DNA from: Planctomycetes bacterium UBA7888
GTDB lineage: Bacteria > Planctomycetota > UBA1135
DNA length: 64,000 nt
Reading direction: 5' to 3'
Assembly: GCA_002500505.1 (NCBI GenBank)
Contig: DLRM01000064.1
Coordinates: 725-64,724, forward strand
Below are positions 1-10,420 of this stretch, piece after piece (the first letter of the stretch is position 1; every line of letters begins with the position of its first letter). The notes beneath the pieces are model-generated. The model was given only the letters and a program-made list of their open reading frames with translations, was not told the DNA's origin and made no database searches. The translations under genes and the position numbers were made by a program.

Positions 1-286
1 AAGAGAGGAATACAAAGCATAAATCAGTAGGGCTGAGAGAAGAGGGTGCACCAATGGGCGGCTCGACGGCCATCGCTGAATGGCTTGCTCCCCCATAAGG
101 GCCACGACGCCAATGGCCGCAACCAGAAAAACGCTCAACCCCACTCCCTGGATGGGAACGGGGCTCAAGAGAAGAAGAGAACAAGTCAATCCACAAAAAG
201 CTGGAATGAAAAGCCCTAAGCTGGCGGAAGGGTGCTCTTGTAGGTTGCCCACTGCCCTATCATGCCTTCGCCATTCATCAAATCCC

Positions 287-1237
287 ATGCGCTTAACCTC
301 CATCTGTTCGCTTTCTTGTCTCCCGCTTCTCTTTTTTGCGCCTTCCTGCATTGGTGGGGATTCGGCAAGCAATTTTAGCCGCCAGGCCTTCGATGCAGAC
401 CGTGCGTGGAAAGACCTGGAATTCCTTGTTGAAATGGGTCCAAGGCGAATCGACACGCCCCAGAGCGCAAAGACTCGGGCCTTCATTCGCAAAGAACTGG
501 AACCCCTTGGTTGGGTATTTGAAGAACTTCCCTTCCCTGTGACTCCTCCCGAAGGCGCACAAAGAAAAGGAGAACTCACGGGCGTCAATCTCATTGCGCG
601 GCGAGAAGGTACCGAGGCGGGCGAACTTTGGCTTTGTAGCCATTACGACACTTTTGACTTGCCCAGATTTGTAGGGGCTAACGATGCCGGTTCGTCGACT
701 GCAATGTTGATGGAAATGGCCCGCCAGCTTGCTGGGCAAGGCCCAAGAACGGGAATGACCCTTGTCCTCTGTTGGTTCGATGGAGAAGAACCTTTTCATC
801 CCCTTCGCTGGGACGACAAGAATAACTCCACTTTTGGCTCCCGTTGGCTCTCTGAGAAAATGCAGAAGGAGGGCTCTCTAAAAAATATACGGGCCTTGAT
901 TCTCCTAGACATGGTCGCTGACCGCCAGCTTGGAGTCAGCATTGAATCCATGTCCAGCGGTTGGATACGAAGCATCTTTGAGAAGACGGCTTCAGCTCTT
1001 GGGCATAAACAACTTTTCGTAGACCGCCGGGAAATCAAAGATGACCACTTACCCTTTCTGAGGAAAGGGGTGCCCTCGGCTGACCTCATTGATTTCCGCT
1101 TCGGCCCGGGAAACTCCTGGTGGCACACACGCGAAGATACTTTGGACAAGTGCTCTGCGGAAAGCCTCCGCATTCTTGGGGAAACTGTTTTAACGGCGCT
1201 TCCTTTGCTTGAAGAAGCGGCCGCAGCCCGCCGCTAA
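287..1237 (+). CDS. Secreted M28-family zinc peptidase / glutaminyl-cyclase-like protein
   Basis: Within ORF 80..1237. M28/QC-like metal-ligand motifs SHYDT, GANDAGSS, FDGEEPF, LLDMV and WHTREDT. A hydrophobic signal-like segment (MRLTSICSLSCLPLLFFAPSC) starts at ATG 287, so the upstream 69 codons are probably not translated. Confidence 0.7.
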   Translation: MRLTSICSLSCLPLLFFAPSCIGGDSASNFSRQAFDADRAWKDLEFLVEMGPRRIDTPQSAKTRAFIRKELEPLGWVFEELPFPVTPPEGAQRKGELTGVNLIARREGTEAGELWLCSHYDTFDLPRFVGANDAGSSTAMLMEMARQLAGQGPRTGMTLVLCWFDGEEPFHPLRWDDKNNSTFGSRWLSEKMQKEGSLKNIRALILLDMVADRQLGVSIESMSSGWIRSIFEKTASALGHKQLFVDRREIKDDHLPFLRKGVPSADLIDFRFGPGNSWWHTREDTLDKCSAESLRILGETVLTALPLLEEAAAARR

Positions 1238-4200
1238 TTAGGCTTCTATTTCCTTCGCGGCCTCTGGGACCTGAACCCCTCGGTCAGACGGCAGAGCCGT
1301 TTCCTTTTCTGGGCGTTCGCCTAATCTGGATACAGTCCCGTCTTCGGCTTCGGCAATCTCAGAAAGGTCCACAGCCACCACTAGAGAAACACCAGCTTTC
1401 CGCATAGTGACTCCAAACAAACGCTCGCAACGAGCCATAGTGAGTTTGTTGTGGGTGACAACCATGAATTGAGTTTCTCCAACAAAGTCGTCCAACACAT
1501 CCAAGAAGCGTCCAACGTTTGCATCATCCAAAGCTGCATCCACCTCGTCCAAGAGACAGAAGGGTGATGGCTTGGAGCGGAACACCGCTAACAAAAGTGC
1601 AAGTGCAGTCAGAGTGCGCTCGCCGCCCGAAAGAAGCTTGATGGAGCGAAGATCTTTTCCTGGAGGCCGAACCGAGATATCAATTCCAGCGACCAAGGGG
1701 TCCACATCAGCTTCGAGGCCGAGTTCGGCCCGACCACCACGGAATAAGCGGCGGAAGATGCCTTCGAACTGACTTTGGACAGCTTCGAAAGTATCCACAA
1801 AGCGTTCGCGACAGCGGGCATCTAAATCTTCGATGGTGCGCTCTAAATTCGCTCGGGCTTCTGTGAGATCGGAACGTTCGCTGGACAAGAACTGCTCTCT
1901 AGCTTCCCGTTCTTCCAGTTCACCTAAGGCTTCCATATTGACCGAACCCATACGGTCTAAGGTTTCTTTCAAACTAGAAACGCGGCGAGACAGTTCCTGA
2001 TATTCGGAGTCTTCGAGCTCATTTTCAGTTTCGTCGATCCCTAAGCTTCGCACAAGGTCTTCCAGAGGCTGTTGGAACTCCTCAATTAGAGCCCGAACCT
2101 GCTCTTCGCGACTCATTTGAATGCGTTGAAGACCCAAAGCCAATTCTTGGCGCCTGCCAAGTAAATCTTCCAGCCGCCCAGTTCCACCGTCCACGCTGGC
2201 ACGCTCACTTGCAAGAACACCCGCAGCCCGTTCATGTTGGGTCGTAGCCTCAGCTAATCTTTCATCCAGACCGCCACGCTCAGTAAGAAGCTCGCGCAGC
2301 TGAGTGCGACCCGCCTCCGCTTCCGCTTGCGTTTCCCTAATGCGCTGAGCCAAGGTTTCTAGCTCTTGGCGGACGCGCGCACCTTCTTGCTTGTCCCGCT
2401 TATGCAATCGCCCATGAGTCTCCAATTGGCCCTGGATATGCTGAAGACGTTGCTCGTGCCTTTCCGATTCCAAGCGAGCCTCTTGAAGAGCATGACGTCT
2501 GGTCTCCAGAGTCTCTTCTTGTTCGGTGGAAAGCGTCTCAGCGGAGAGAAGTTGTTCGTTGAGTTCGCAACGCTTCCGTTCAGCCGCCTCACGGAGTTGG
2601 GTTGCCTCCGCTTCAACTTGATTGGCGGCTTCGACAAGCTCCGAGGCAGAGCTGAAGTCTGCTTCCATTGCCTTTAACTCTTCCAGATTGGCTAGCTCTC
2701 GACGCTCAAGCTCTTCAACTTGGGTTTGCGCGCGGTCCCGCTCAGCAACGACTTTCCTGAGAGTGGAATCTAAAGTCGCCAACTCTTCATTGAGATTTTC
2801 GAGCTGTTGGCGAGCTTCCCCTTCCTCGTGTTGGGCAGAAGACGCAGCTTCCTGAGCTTTTTTGAGAGCCTTTTCGGATTCCTGCCGCAAATTGGTTCGA
2901 GCTAAAAGTCCTTCGGCGCCATCACCCAACATCCCAAGACGGGCGTAACCAGCACCATGCATTTCGCCGCACTCAGAAAGGAATAAAGCACCAGGGTGTT
3001 GATCCGCGAGGCGACGAGCTTCTTTGGCCGTTGCTACGCAATAAACTTCTCCAAGGCGAGCGCAGATGGCTCGACATTTTTCGGAATCTCCAACAAACAA
3101 ATCCTCAAGAGGGCGAGCTCCTGCAACATGGACAGGTGAAGTCGGGCGCGGCGCAGGGAAGAAACAATCCGCAGCACCTTTCATTTGAGAGGCGGCGTCC
3201 CGATGGTCTAACCAAAGGGCGTGCTGAAGGCGGCCCAACAAGTTTTCAAGCAAACGGTCCCACGGAGCAGGGATTTCGATGCCATCTAAGGCTAATCCCC
3301 GAAGACCTGTCGCCCCCTTCTCCAAAGTCGTCCTAACCGAGTCAGGAAGACCTTGCATATCCTGCTCAACAGCCTCTAATGCCGTTAAGCGCGTTTGGGC
3401 TTCCGTTTGGCTTCGAATAGCCGCCGAATAAGCGTCGGCGGCATCAGAAGTCTGCTTTCGAAGTGAATCGCGGTTTTGAAGAAGTTGGTGGCTTCTGCCC
3501 TCGGCCTGCTCGGCCGCCAAGGAAGCCTCTCTGAATTCCTTCTTGGCAATAACCAATTTCTCGCTGGCTTCCGTTTTGGTGCTTTGAAGTTCGGCCTGGC
3601 GACGCTCAAAGGAGCGTAGGTCACCCTGAGCTTCTGATCGCTTATGCGCAGCCTCCGCCACCTGATTGTTCTGTGCACTTCGCTCCCCAAGAGCCTTGAG
3701 GACACCTGCGCGCAACTCTTCCATTTGCTGCCGCGTAGCCCGATGAGCGTCCCGAATCCTAGAGAACTCCGTGTCCGCCAGCTCGAGAGAACTTTGTATT
3801 GCCGCAGTCTTTTGAGCCAACTGCGCGTTTTCATTCTGCAGCAAACCATCCGCATCCACTCGAGAGCGGTCTTCTTCGTCCAAACCGGCCAAACGCTCGG
3901 ATTCTCTTTGAGTTCTGTTTTCTAGCTCTCCAACTCGGGAATCCAAACCGCGAACTCTTTCTTCAAGGGTAGCGGTCTTATGACGAGATTCCGAAGAATC
4001 GGTGCGAAGGCTATCCGTCCGCTGTCGGAGAGTGTCCGCCTCTTCTTGAAGTTGGTTAAGGCGAGATTCCATATGAGAACGACGGTCCCGAATTTCCTGG
4101 ATTGAAGTTTCCAGTTCTTTTTCTTGGGCCTTTAGTGCAGTCTCTTCTACCTGCATGCGGTATCGGTCCACATAAGACAATCGGACATGGGCTTCCCGAT

Positions 4201-4864
4201 AGTTGTCTCGAGCCTCCATAAATCGCTGCGCCTTCCCTGCTTGGTACTTCAAGGTTCGCACGGCACGCTGAACCTCTTTATAAACATCTTCGACTCGAGC
4301 CAAATCTTGGGCAACTCGAGCAAGTTTAAGTTCAGCTTCGTGCTTCCGTGCTTTGTAGCGGCTTATGCCAGCGGCCTCTTCAAAAACGGAGCGACGCTCG
4401 GCAGGGTTTGCCGACAAGACGGCGTCAATCTTTCCTTGCGCTAGCACCATGTAGGAGCGAACTCCAAGGCCCGTGTTCATCAACAAATCTTTGACATCTT
4501 TGCGCTTGGCTTTCCGACCATCCAGCAAATACTCGGACTCACCGGTGCGGAACAAACGGCGACCCACGGCAACTTCAGCACCTGGCTCAGCGACTTGGCC
4601 TTCCTCATCACTCAGAATAATCTCAACCATGGCATAAGGAGTACCTGTCCGACCCTCAGCTCCTTTGAAAATGACGTCGTCCATGGAGTCGGCACGCAAG
4701 GTCTTTGCCGAGCGCTCCCCCATCACCCACAGAAGGGCATCCACAACATTGGACTTCCCGCAGCCGTTGGGGCCTACGATTCCAGTCAGGCCACGCTGGA
4801 CCTGAATGACGGTTCGGTCTGCAAAGGACTTAAAGCCTTCTAGCTCAATTCTTTTGAGGTGCAT
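1238..4864 (-). CDS. smc: Chromosome segregation protein SMC
   Basis: 1208 aa. N-terminal Walker A GPNGCGKSNVVDA, very long E/R/L/Q-rich coiled-coil arms with a central hinge, C-terminal signature LSGGERTLTALALLLA and Walker B FCLLDEVDAALD. Confidence 0.95.
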   Translation of the reverse strand: MHLKRIELEGFKSFADRTVIQVQRGLTGIVGPNGCGKSNVVDALLWVMGERSAKTLRADSMDDVIFKGAEGRTGTPYAMVEIILSDEEGQVAEPGAEVAVGRRLFRTGESEYLLDGRKAKRKDVKDLLMNTGLGVRSYMVLAQGKIDAVLSANPAERRSVFEEAAGISRYKARKHEAELKLARVAQDLARVEDVYKEVQRAVRTLKYQAGKAQRFMEARDNYREAHVRLSYVDRYRMQVEETALKAQEKELETSIQEIRDRRSHMESRLNQLQEEADTLRQRTDSLRTDSSESRHKTATLEERVRGLDSRVGELENRTQRESERLAGLDEEDRSRVDADGLLQNENAQLAQKTAAIQSSLELADTEFSRIRDAHRATRQQMEELRAGVLKALGERSAQNNQVAEAAHKRSEAQGDLRSFERRQAELQSTKTEASEKLVIAKKEFREASLAAEQAEGRSHQLLQNRDSLRKQTSDAADAYSAAIRSQTEAQTRLTALEAVEQDMQGLPDSVRTTLEKGATGLRGLALDGIEIPAPWDRLLENLLGRLQHALWLDHRDAASQMKGAADCFFPAPRPTSPVHVAGARPLEDLFVGDSEKCRAICARLGEVYCVATAKEARRLADQHPGALFLSECGEMHGAGYARLGMLGDGAEGLLARTNLRQESEKALKKAQEAASSAQHEEGEARQQLENLNEELATLDSTLRKVVAERDRAQTQVEELERRELANLEELKAMEADFSSASELVEAANQVEAEATQLREAAERKRCELNEQLLSAETLSTEQEETLETRRHALQEARLESERHEQRLQHIQGQLETHGRLHKRDKQEGARVRQELETLAQRIRETQAEAEAGRTQLRELLTERGGLDERLAEATTQHERAAGVLASERASVDGGTGRLEDLLGRRQELALGLQRIQMSREEQVRALIEEFQQPLEDLVRSLGIDETENELEDSEYQELSRRVSSLKETLDRMGSVNMEALGELEEREAREQFLSSERSDLTEARANLERTIEDLDARCRERFVDTFEAVQSQFEGIFRRLFRGGRAELGLEADVDPLVAGIDISVRPPGKDLRSIKLLSGGERTLTALALLLAVFRSKPSPFCLLDEVDAALDDANVGRFLDVLDDFVGETQFMVVTHNKLTMARCERLFGVTMRKAGVSLVVAVDLSEIAEAEDGTVSRLGERPEKETALPSDRGVQVPEAAKEIEA

Positions 4865-6541
4865 TTAGCGAAAGGTGGGTGGTTCGTCTGAGGAGGAAGC
4901 GGGCGTGGATACCCAACGCCTGAAATCGTGGTGAAGGGCGGCTGAAGCAGAAAACTGGAGCCAAGGGGCTGCTGCGAAGGCCGAAGGGGGGGGTGCGGGG
5001 GTGGCTTCCACAGGACACCACCCTACCGGGTAAGCACCCGATTCTGTAGCGTGATCTCGGAGAGCCAAGCGAGCACCAGCACCCTCTGGGTGGGGTGGCG
5101 CAAAAGTACGTAGCCCTAGGCCGTAATTCCGAGCGGCCTGGTGGAATCGGTCAAAGATGGCCAAAATGGTTCTAGAAGAAGAATCCGTGGGGTTTCGAGA
5201 GGGTCCATAAAGCCATTGAAGGGCCTGAGGCAGCCCTGCAGGCTGAATCGAGACCGCAAAGGGCGCTCGTGAGGCAGAGCGATCGGCCAACAGGGCTACG
5301 GCTCCACAAGCCAAGCCTGCGGCCTCTCCAATGCGGTCAAAGAAATCTTTGGGGTCCTTGGCAAGTTGGGCAGGACCAGCAAGATTGAGAACCACAGCCC
5401 CATATACACGCTCAATCCCCCGATGCTGGCGCAGGTTCTCTCGATCCGGCCACCAGCAAACTAGGACCCTGCCAGAATCGGCGAGGGTTGCCCGCAACTC
5501 AGGTGCCGCCCGAACAAAGGAGTCCAAGGAAAGCCGAACCCAGAGACCGTCCAAGGCCCACTCCCGGGCCAATTCTGCATCCGTGCAGTAGAGGCGAAGG
5601 CGGGAATCCGGCCTTTGAATCCAACGCGGCGCACGAAGGGATAAGGAGGACCAATTGCGACTCGCAGGCCAATGCACCTGAACTTCATGAGCCCGCCCAA
5701 GTTCTTCCCCCACCCGCCGCCAGAAAGCCTCCTCAGATTCCCCCGCAACTGGGCGTAAAAGAATGCGAGCAGGTCTGGTCCAATCCACCAGAGTCGGCAG
5801 CTCAAATCGTCCATCCAAGATGGCGTCGCTTTGAGCACCCGAAAGTAAATCTTGTAAAGCAAATCGGGACAAAAGCTGGCCACCCAAGTGATGGCGCGGG
5901 TCGTGCCCTGGACCAGCAAGAGCGGGTCCCCCGTCGGCAGTGGGCAAGCTGCCACCTCCCAACCAAGCGCTCAATTGCCTTCGTTCCAAGCCAACTCGTT
6001 CCGCCTCAAGAGAATCGGCTCGAAGCCCGAGAGTTCGACATTCGTTATCCGCTAAGCCCGCAACAAGCCGGCCCGTTAAATGGCGAAGCGCTGTTCCGTA
6101 AACTCGGCGTTCCACACGACGAGCTACTTGCCAAGCGAGAGCATTTTCTAAATTACGATCGCGCATTAAAGAAATCGCAAGCCGACGACGATCCCAGGGG
6201 CGAGCCGTGTCGTCTCGGCCATGGGATGTGTGAACACGAACCCGTTGAAAATGTTTCAGGCAGTGCTGTCGGAATTCTCGATAAGCATCGGCAGCATCGC
6301 TTCGGCCTGCCGCAACTAAAACTGTCTCAGCAGATGCGGCAAGTCCAGCAGTCTCAACCGTTCCATCGCAAAGAATGGAACCCGCAACTTCTTCGGCGAG
6401 ATAGGAGGCAGCGGATGAGTCAGCACCAACCCCTTGCAAAGCGTGGCGAATGGAGTCCGTCAAACGAACGGAATCCATTCGCTCTTCGCGACCATCGCGT
6501 TTCCGAACGCGATTCGGCAGACCGTTCCGTTCCCCCTCCAT
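4865..6541 (-). CDS. ATP-cone domain protein with uncharacterised ~370-aa C-terminal region
   Basis: 558 aa. The N-terminus RVRKRDGREERMDSVRLTDSIRHAL looks like an ATP-cone start. A second cone-like segment is RVRVHTSHGRDDTARPWDRRRLAISLMRD. Its ATG overlaps the nrdR stop (TAATG), and its stop abuts the smc ATG (TAAATG). Confidence 0.6.
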   Translation of the reverse strand: MEGERNGLPNRVRKRDGREERMDSVRLTDSIRHALQGVGADSSAASYLAEEVAGSILCDGTVETAGLAASAETVLVAAGRSDAADAYREFRQHCLKHFQRVRVHTSHGRDDTARPWDRRRLAISLMRDRNLENALAWQVARRVERRVYGTALRHLTGRLVAGLADNECRTLGLRADSLEAERVGLERRQLSAWLGGGSLPTADGGPALAGPGHDPRHHLGGQLLSRFALQDLLSGAQSDAILDGRFELPTLVDWTRPARILLRPVAGESEEAFWRRVGEELGRAHEVQVHWPASRNWSSLSLRAPRWIQRPDSRLRLYCTDAELAREWALDGLWVRLSLDSFVRAAPELRATLADSGRVLVCWWPDRENLRQHRGIERVYGAVVLNLAGPAQLAKDPKDFFDRIGEAAGLACGAVALLADRSASRAPFAVSIQPAGLPQALQWLYGPSRNPTDSSSRTILAIFDRFHQAARNYGLGLRTFAPPHPEGAGARLALRDHATESGAYPVGWCPVEATPAPPPSAFAAAPWLQFSASAALHHDFRRWVSTPASSSDEPPTFR

Positions 6542-7005
6542 TACGAATTATGTCCCTTTTCGAGCATGGGTTTAAGTTCGTCTAAGAATTGGGCAATATC
6601 CTTAAACTCGCGATAGACCGAGGCGAATCGCACATAGGCCACTTGGTCCAATTGTTTCAGTTCATCCATCACAAGCTGCCCGATGTACTTACTGCTCACC
6701 TCACGGTCAAACATCTCAGCGAGTTGGCGCTCAATCCGCGCGGTCACCTCTTCGATTCTTTCTAGAGAAACAGGGCGCTTCTCGCAGGCCTTCAAAAGCC
6801 CTTGGAAAATTTTGTTCCGGTCAAAAGGAACGCGGGAGCCCTCCTTTTTGACCACCCTGAGGGGGGTTTCCTCCATGCGCTCATAGGTGGTGAAGCGGCG
6901 GCTACATTCGACGCACTCACGGCGACGTCGTATGGAGAATCCATCCGCAGAAGAGCGGGAATCGATGACTCGGTCATCGTCTTGTTTGCAGTAGGGACAA
7001 CGCAC
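6541..7005 (-). CDS. nrdR: Transcriptional repressor NrdR
   Basis: Zinc ribbon CPYCKQ...CVECSRRF followed by an ATP-cone ([20 protein letters not shown]...[11 protein letters not shown]). The canonical NrdR N-terminus (xRCPxC) begins at GTG 7005; the ORF-track extension to 7137 is probably spurious. Confidence 0.9.
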   Translation of the reverse strand: MRCPYCKQDDDRVIDSRSSADGFSIRRRRECVECSRRFTTYERMEETPLRVVKKEGSRVPFDRNKIFQGLLKACEKRPVSLERIEEVTARIERQLAEMFDREVSSKYIGQLVMDELKQLDQVAYVRFASVYREFKDIAQFLDELKPMLEKGHNS

Positions 7006-7079
7006 GGTAAGTACTAGGCCCGGTGGGCCTAGAGAGTTGTAACACAAGACCTTGGGGTAGTTCCAGCTTCCTTTGTGCC

Positions 7080-8426
7080 CTATTTTCCGATACAGAATCG
7101 GGAGAAGATTTGGTCGAGCAAATCTTCGGGTGTCCACTCCCCAACAAGCTCACCCAAGGGCCGGATGGCCGCCCTCAATTCTTCCGCAATGCAATCAGGC
7201 GGTCCGCCACTTCGGCGAAGAGAATTGGCCTTCTGAACGTACTCAAGCGCCGCTGCCAGGGCTTGTTGCTGACGAGCTTTTGCTGAGGCTCGACTCTCCA
7301 TCCCTGCCGCCCCCTTCCGCCAAGCCTCCCGGACTTTGTTTTCAAGGTCTGAAATCCCGAATCCCGACTCCGAAGAGACCTTCACAGCCTGAAAACGGCA
7401 CTGAAATTCATCTTGCGCGGACTGGGAAACTCGAAGGGGGAGGTCTGCTTTGGTCCAAACAAGAAGAACAGGGGCGTTCCATTTTCGCTCAAACCAAGCC
7501 TTCGAAGGGGAAGACTCATTAGAGTCCAAACACAAAAGCCAAAGGTCCGCCCTTTCTATTGTGGCTCTTTCCTGGGCAACTCGATCGCGTGCATCTGCCG
7601 CCTGGGATTCCAATCCAGGTAAATCTCCAAGAGAGATTTCCGTAGTTTTTGCCAGCCCCCACGAAGCTTCCAAACAATCCCGAGTCGTTCCTTTATGCTC
7701 GGAAACCAAGGCTTGGGACTGTGTCAAAAAGTTAAAGAGAGTGGATTTCCCCGCATTGGAGGGGCCCGCCATAAGAACGCGGAAGACACTACTTGGAGTC
7801 GAATCCAGGTTTCGAAATTGAATTCCGGATTGTAAAGATTGGATAGCTTGGTCAAAAAAAGCGTCCAACTCTGTCGTTTGAATATCCTGGGAGTCCCCTT
7901 CTTCAAAGTCTAATCCCGCCTCCAACTCCGTCATCGCAGCCACAATTGAATCCCGTGCAGATTGAACATTAGAAGCCATTTCTCCAGACAGGAGTTGAAC
8001 CGCCTCCTTGGCTTGGGCCTCGCTCCGAGAAGAAACTAAATCTGCAACTGCCTCTGCTTGAACTAAATCCATTCGCCCATTTAAAAATGCTCTTCTAGTG
8101 AACTCTCCGGGTTCAGCTAGGCGCGCACCCTCCTGCAATAACCGACTCAACAAGCCCCGCACCACCGGCTCGGAACCAGGCAAATGGATTTCGGCAACAT
8201 CCTCGCCAGTTGCCGAGAAGGGGCCTGGAAAAAGAAGAAGGGACACAGGGACCAAACAACCCTCTTCCCATTCCAGCTCTGCATTCAAGCTTTGTCGCGA
8301 AGTTTGGGCACTCAGCCCAACTGCGCCAAAAGCATTCCGGCCACTAAGGCGAAGGACAGCCCTTTCGGCCCCCCCCATCCCAGTGGCAGGGGCAACGATT
8401 AGGTCTCTACTTTCCAGGCGTGGCAC
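7080..8426 (-). CDS. mnmE: tRNA modification GTPase MnmE (TrmE)
   Basis: N-terminal [21 protein letters not shown] domain [12 protein letters not shown] / DLPG / TKADL, and the diagnostic C-terminal FCIGK. The start is uncertain; GTG 8426 is chosen to limit overlap with yidC, while the ORF track gives 8474. Confidence 0.88.
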   Translation of the reverse strand: MPRLESRDLIVAPATGMGGAERAVLRLSGRNAFGAVGLSAQTSRQSLNAELEWEEGCLVPVSLLLFPGPFSATGEDVAEIHLPGSEPVVRGLLSRLLQEGARLAEPGEFTRRAFLNGRMDLVQAEAVADLVSSRSEAQAKEAVQLLSGEMASNVQSARDSIVAAMTELEAGLDFEEGDSQDIQTTELDAFFDQAIQSLQSGIQFRNLDSTPSSVFRVLMAGPSNAGKSTLFNFLTQSQALVSEHKGTTRDCLEASWGLAKTTEISLGDLPGLESQAADARDRVAQERATIERADLWLLCLDSNESSPSKAWFERKWNAPVLLVWTKADLPLRVSQSAQDEFQCRFQAVKVSSESGFGISDLENKVREAWRKGAAGMESRASAKARQQQALAAALEYVQKANSLRRSGGPPDCIAEELRAAIRPLGELVGEWTPEDLLDQIFSRFCIGK

Positions 8427-10413
8427 CCGGAACTGGCCATTTCTTTTTGATGACCTTCTGCTCAAAAATTCCAAGTGCGCTCGAGGTAATCATGTACAGG
8501 GAGAGACCTGCGGCATAGTTGTAAAGCATGACGCCAAACAGGATTGGCATGAATGTCATCATCTTTTGCATTTGCGCTTGCTGGGGATCCGTCGGCTTCG
8601 GCATGGAGCGTTGATGCCATACCCACAGCACCACCATGAATAGAGGAAGAATGTTGAGTGTGGTCACACTACTAATCAAGGGAAGATTAGCAATGGGGCC
8701 TCCAAAATCAATCAATGCATCGGGCCGCGAAAGGTCGTGAATCCATAAGGCAAAGGGCTCTTGCCTCATCAGAATAGAACAACGCAATGCGGCAAAGAGC
8801 CCAATGAACACGGGGAATTGCAACAAGATGGGCAAACATCCTCCTATGGGAGGAGAAAGTTTGTGCTCCCGATACAGCTCCATCGTAGCTTGCTGTTTTT
8901 TAGTCGGATCCTTTGCATACTTTTGGTTGATTTTTTCAACCTTGGGCTTCAGTTTCCCAACTTTGGCCTGGTAAATCGCCATCTTTGTTTGGGAAGTGCG
9001 GTTAATGGGGAACATTAAGGCACGCACAAGAAGGGTCATCAAAATAATGGCCACGCCCCAGTTCCCAGTAATCGTGTGGAAGAAATCAATAATCCACAAG
9101 ATGGTCGGCGCGATGGCTCCGGTAAAGAACATGCGGTAGAAAAAGCTCCCGCCATAATCGAGCTTTGCAATCACCATATCCATGGGTCGAAAAGATGGCC
9201 CCGAAAGGATTCCTGGATCCTTCGGACCTAGATACCATTCGAACCGTTGGGTCTCACCTGTGGTGCCCGCTTGCCCCACATGAAGGCGGAAGTCTCCAGC
9301 AACAGAGGCTCGCTTCCAGGATTCCTGAGCCTGTTCTTCGGCCGCACGATACCAAGCCGACCGAAGCCGGCGGGCCTCAGCACTACCCAGACCAGTTGCT
9401 TGGCTCAAAGATTCTGAACTAGGTTGAGTTCCATTTTCTTGACGAAGTTGGTTGTCCGCCCAAGCAACCTTCTGGAGTTTTTCGCGCATCTCTGGCTCAA
9501 ACCTCTGAAGGACTCCTGCTTCGAAACCATCGGTGTCAAATAAGACTTCCGCAGTAGCGCCTCGAAACGGTTTGTCCAATGGGCGAATTAAATTCAAAAA
9601 GTATTTCGACCCTTCAACAACAAAGGCAAACTGCCCATTCCACTTCTCCGCGGCATCGCGTCGCTGTGGGAGGCTCCCACGCGGATTGTACGTCTCCATT
9701 TCCTCAACTTTGTCATATTCCAAGCGTGCAGCAGCTGCATAAGGGTTTGGATAGAAACTGTCTGGTTCTGCAACAATGCCACCACCAGTAGCGAGACGCA
9801 GGTTCAAGTCCCCTACCACAACCGAAGACACTTCTCCGTTGGGTTCGGCCGTAACACCCACTTGAACTAAGCGTTGCTCATCTGCAGGTGAGTTGTCTGC
9901 TTCCCGAAGTCCTGAAAAGCGAACAACTTTTTCCATGCGAACTCCGGTAGGAGTATCCAATTGAAAAATAAGTTCCGAACCTCCGTCCGAAGTCGATTGA
10001 ACCGCACCCGCCTTCCAGTGGACTACATCTAAGTTGACACCTAAACGACCTTCGGGCTCAAACAAACGGAGTCCGTCTCGACGGCGATGGTGCTCCCGAC
10101 CCGGACTACTGCCTTGGGGTGGTGCTTGAGCCGGAACCGACTTGAACAACAGGAGGTACTCTTCCGAGCTGGAAGAATGGAAATCCTTTAAACGCGCCTC
10201 CACACAGGCTCCGCCCAATGTGGTCCACTTAGTCCAAAGCAAATCGTTCTCCAAAACCGTAAAGCTCTCTTCCCCAGGTGGACTTTCGAAGGATTCCGCA
10301 CGGAAACTCTGCAAGTTTTCGCCAGGCTTCTCTCCTTCGCCAACACAGGTTTTCATGATGAAGAGGGCCAAAATGCCCCAAACCACAAGAGTCAAAAGAG
10401 AACGGCTTTTCAT
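8407..10413 (-). CDS. yidC: Membrane protein insertase YidC
   Basis: 668 aa. N-terminal TM segment, large periplasmic domain, and a C-terminal 5-TM insertase core (LLVRALMFPI, GCLPILLQFPVFIGLF, GLSLYMITSSALGIFEQ). Classic yidC-mnmE adjacency. Confidence 0.9.
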   Translation of the reverse strand: MKSRSLLTLVVWGILALFIMKTCVGEGEKPGENLQSFRAESFESPPGEESFTVLENDLLWTKWTTLGGACVEARLKDFHSSSSEEYLLLFKSVPAQAPPQGSSPGREHHRRRDGLRLFEPEGRLGVNLDVVHWKAGAVQSTSDGGSELIFQLDTPTGVRMEKVVRFSGLREADNSPADEQRLVQVGVTAEPNGEVSSVVVGDLNLRLATGGGIVAEPDSFYPNPYAAAARLEYDKVEEMETYNPRGSLPQRRDAAEKWNGQFAFVVEGSKYFLNLIRPLDKPFRGATAEVLFDTDGFEAGVLQRFEPEMREKLQKVAWADNQLRQENGTQPSSESLSQATGLGSAEARRLRSAWYRAAEEQAQESWKRASVAGDFRLHVGQAGTTGETQRFEWYLGPKDPGILSGPSFRPMDMVIAKLDYGGSFFYRMFFTGAIAPTILWIIDFFHTITGNWGVAIILMTLLVRALMFPINRTSQTKMAIYQAKVGKLKPKVEKINQKYAKDPTKKQQATMELYREHKLSPPIGGCLPILLQFPVFIGLFAALRCSILMRQEPFALWIHDLSRPDALIDFGGPIANLPLISSVTTLNILPLFMVVLWVWHQRSMPKPTDPQQAQMQKMMTFMPILFGVMLYNYAAGLSLYMITSSALGIFEQKVIKKKWPVPGATPGK

Positions 10414-10420
10414 GTCAGAT

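Noticed and set aside
80-286. N-terminal extensions in the ORF track (80-286 here; also 14084-14182, 14135-14212, 29359-29433, 44571-44636, 52330-52443, 49293-49535, 7006-7137)
   Set aside because: The extensions precede canonical family N-termini or signal peptides, and they often overlap the neighbouring gene. Internal ATG or GTG starts give 0-4 nt junctions consistent with the rest of the window.
5488-6585. 365-aa plus-strand ORF, with a nested 164-aa minus-strand ORF, inside the ATP-cone protein gene
   Set aside because: It is Pro/Arg/Gln-rich low-complexity sequence with no motifs. It lies antisense to a GC-rich coding region that has recognisable ATP-cone motifs and tight coupling to nrdR and smc. 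This is a typical shadow ORF.
7073-8643. Several 90-180-aa plus-strand ORFs overlapping mnmE and yidC
   Set aside because: They lie antisense to genes with strong family motifs. Their translations are Arg/Pro/Ser-rich with no domain signatures.
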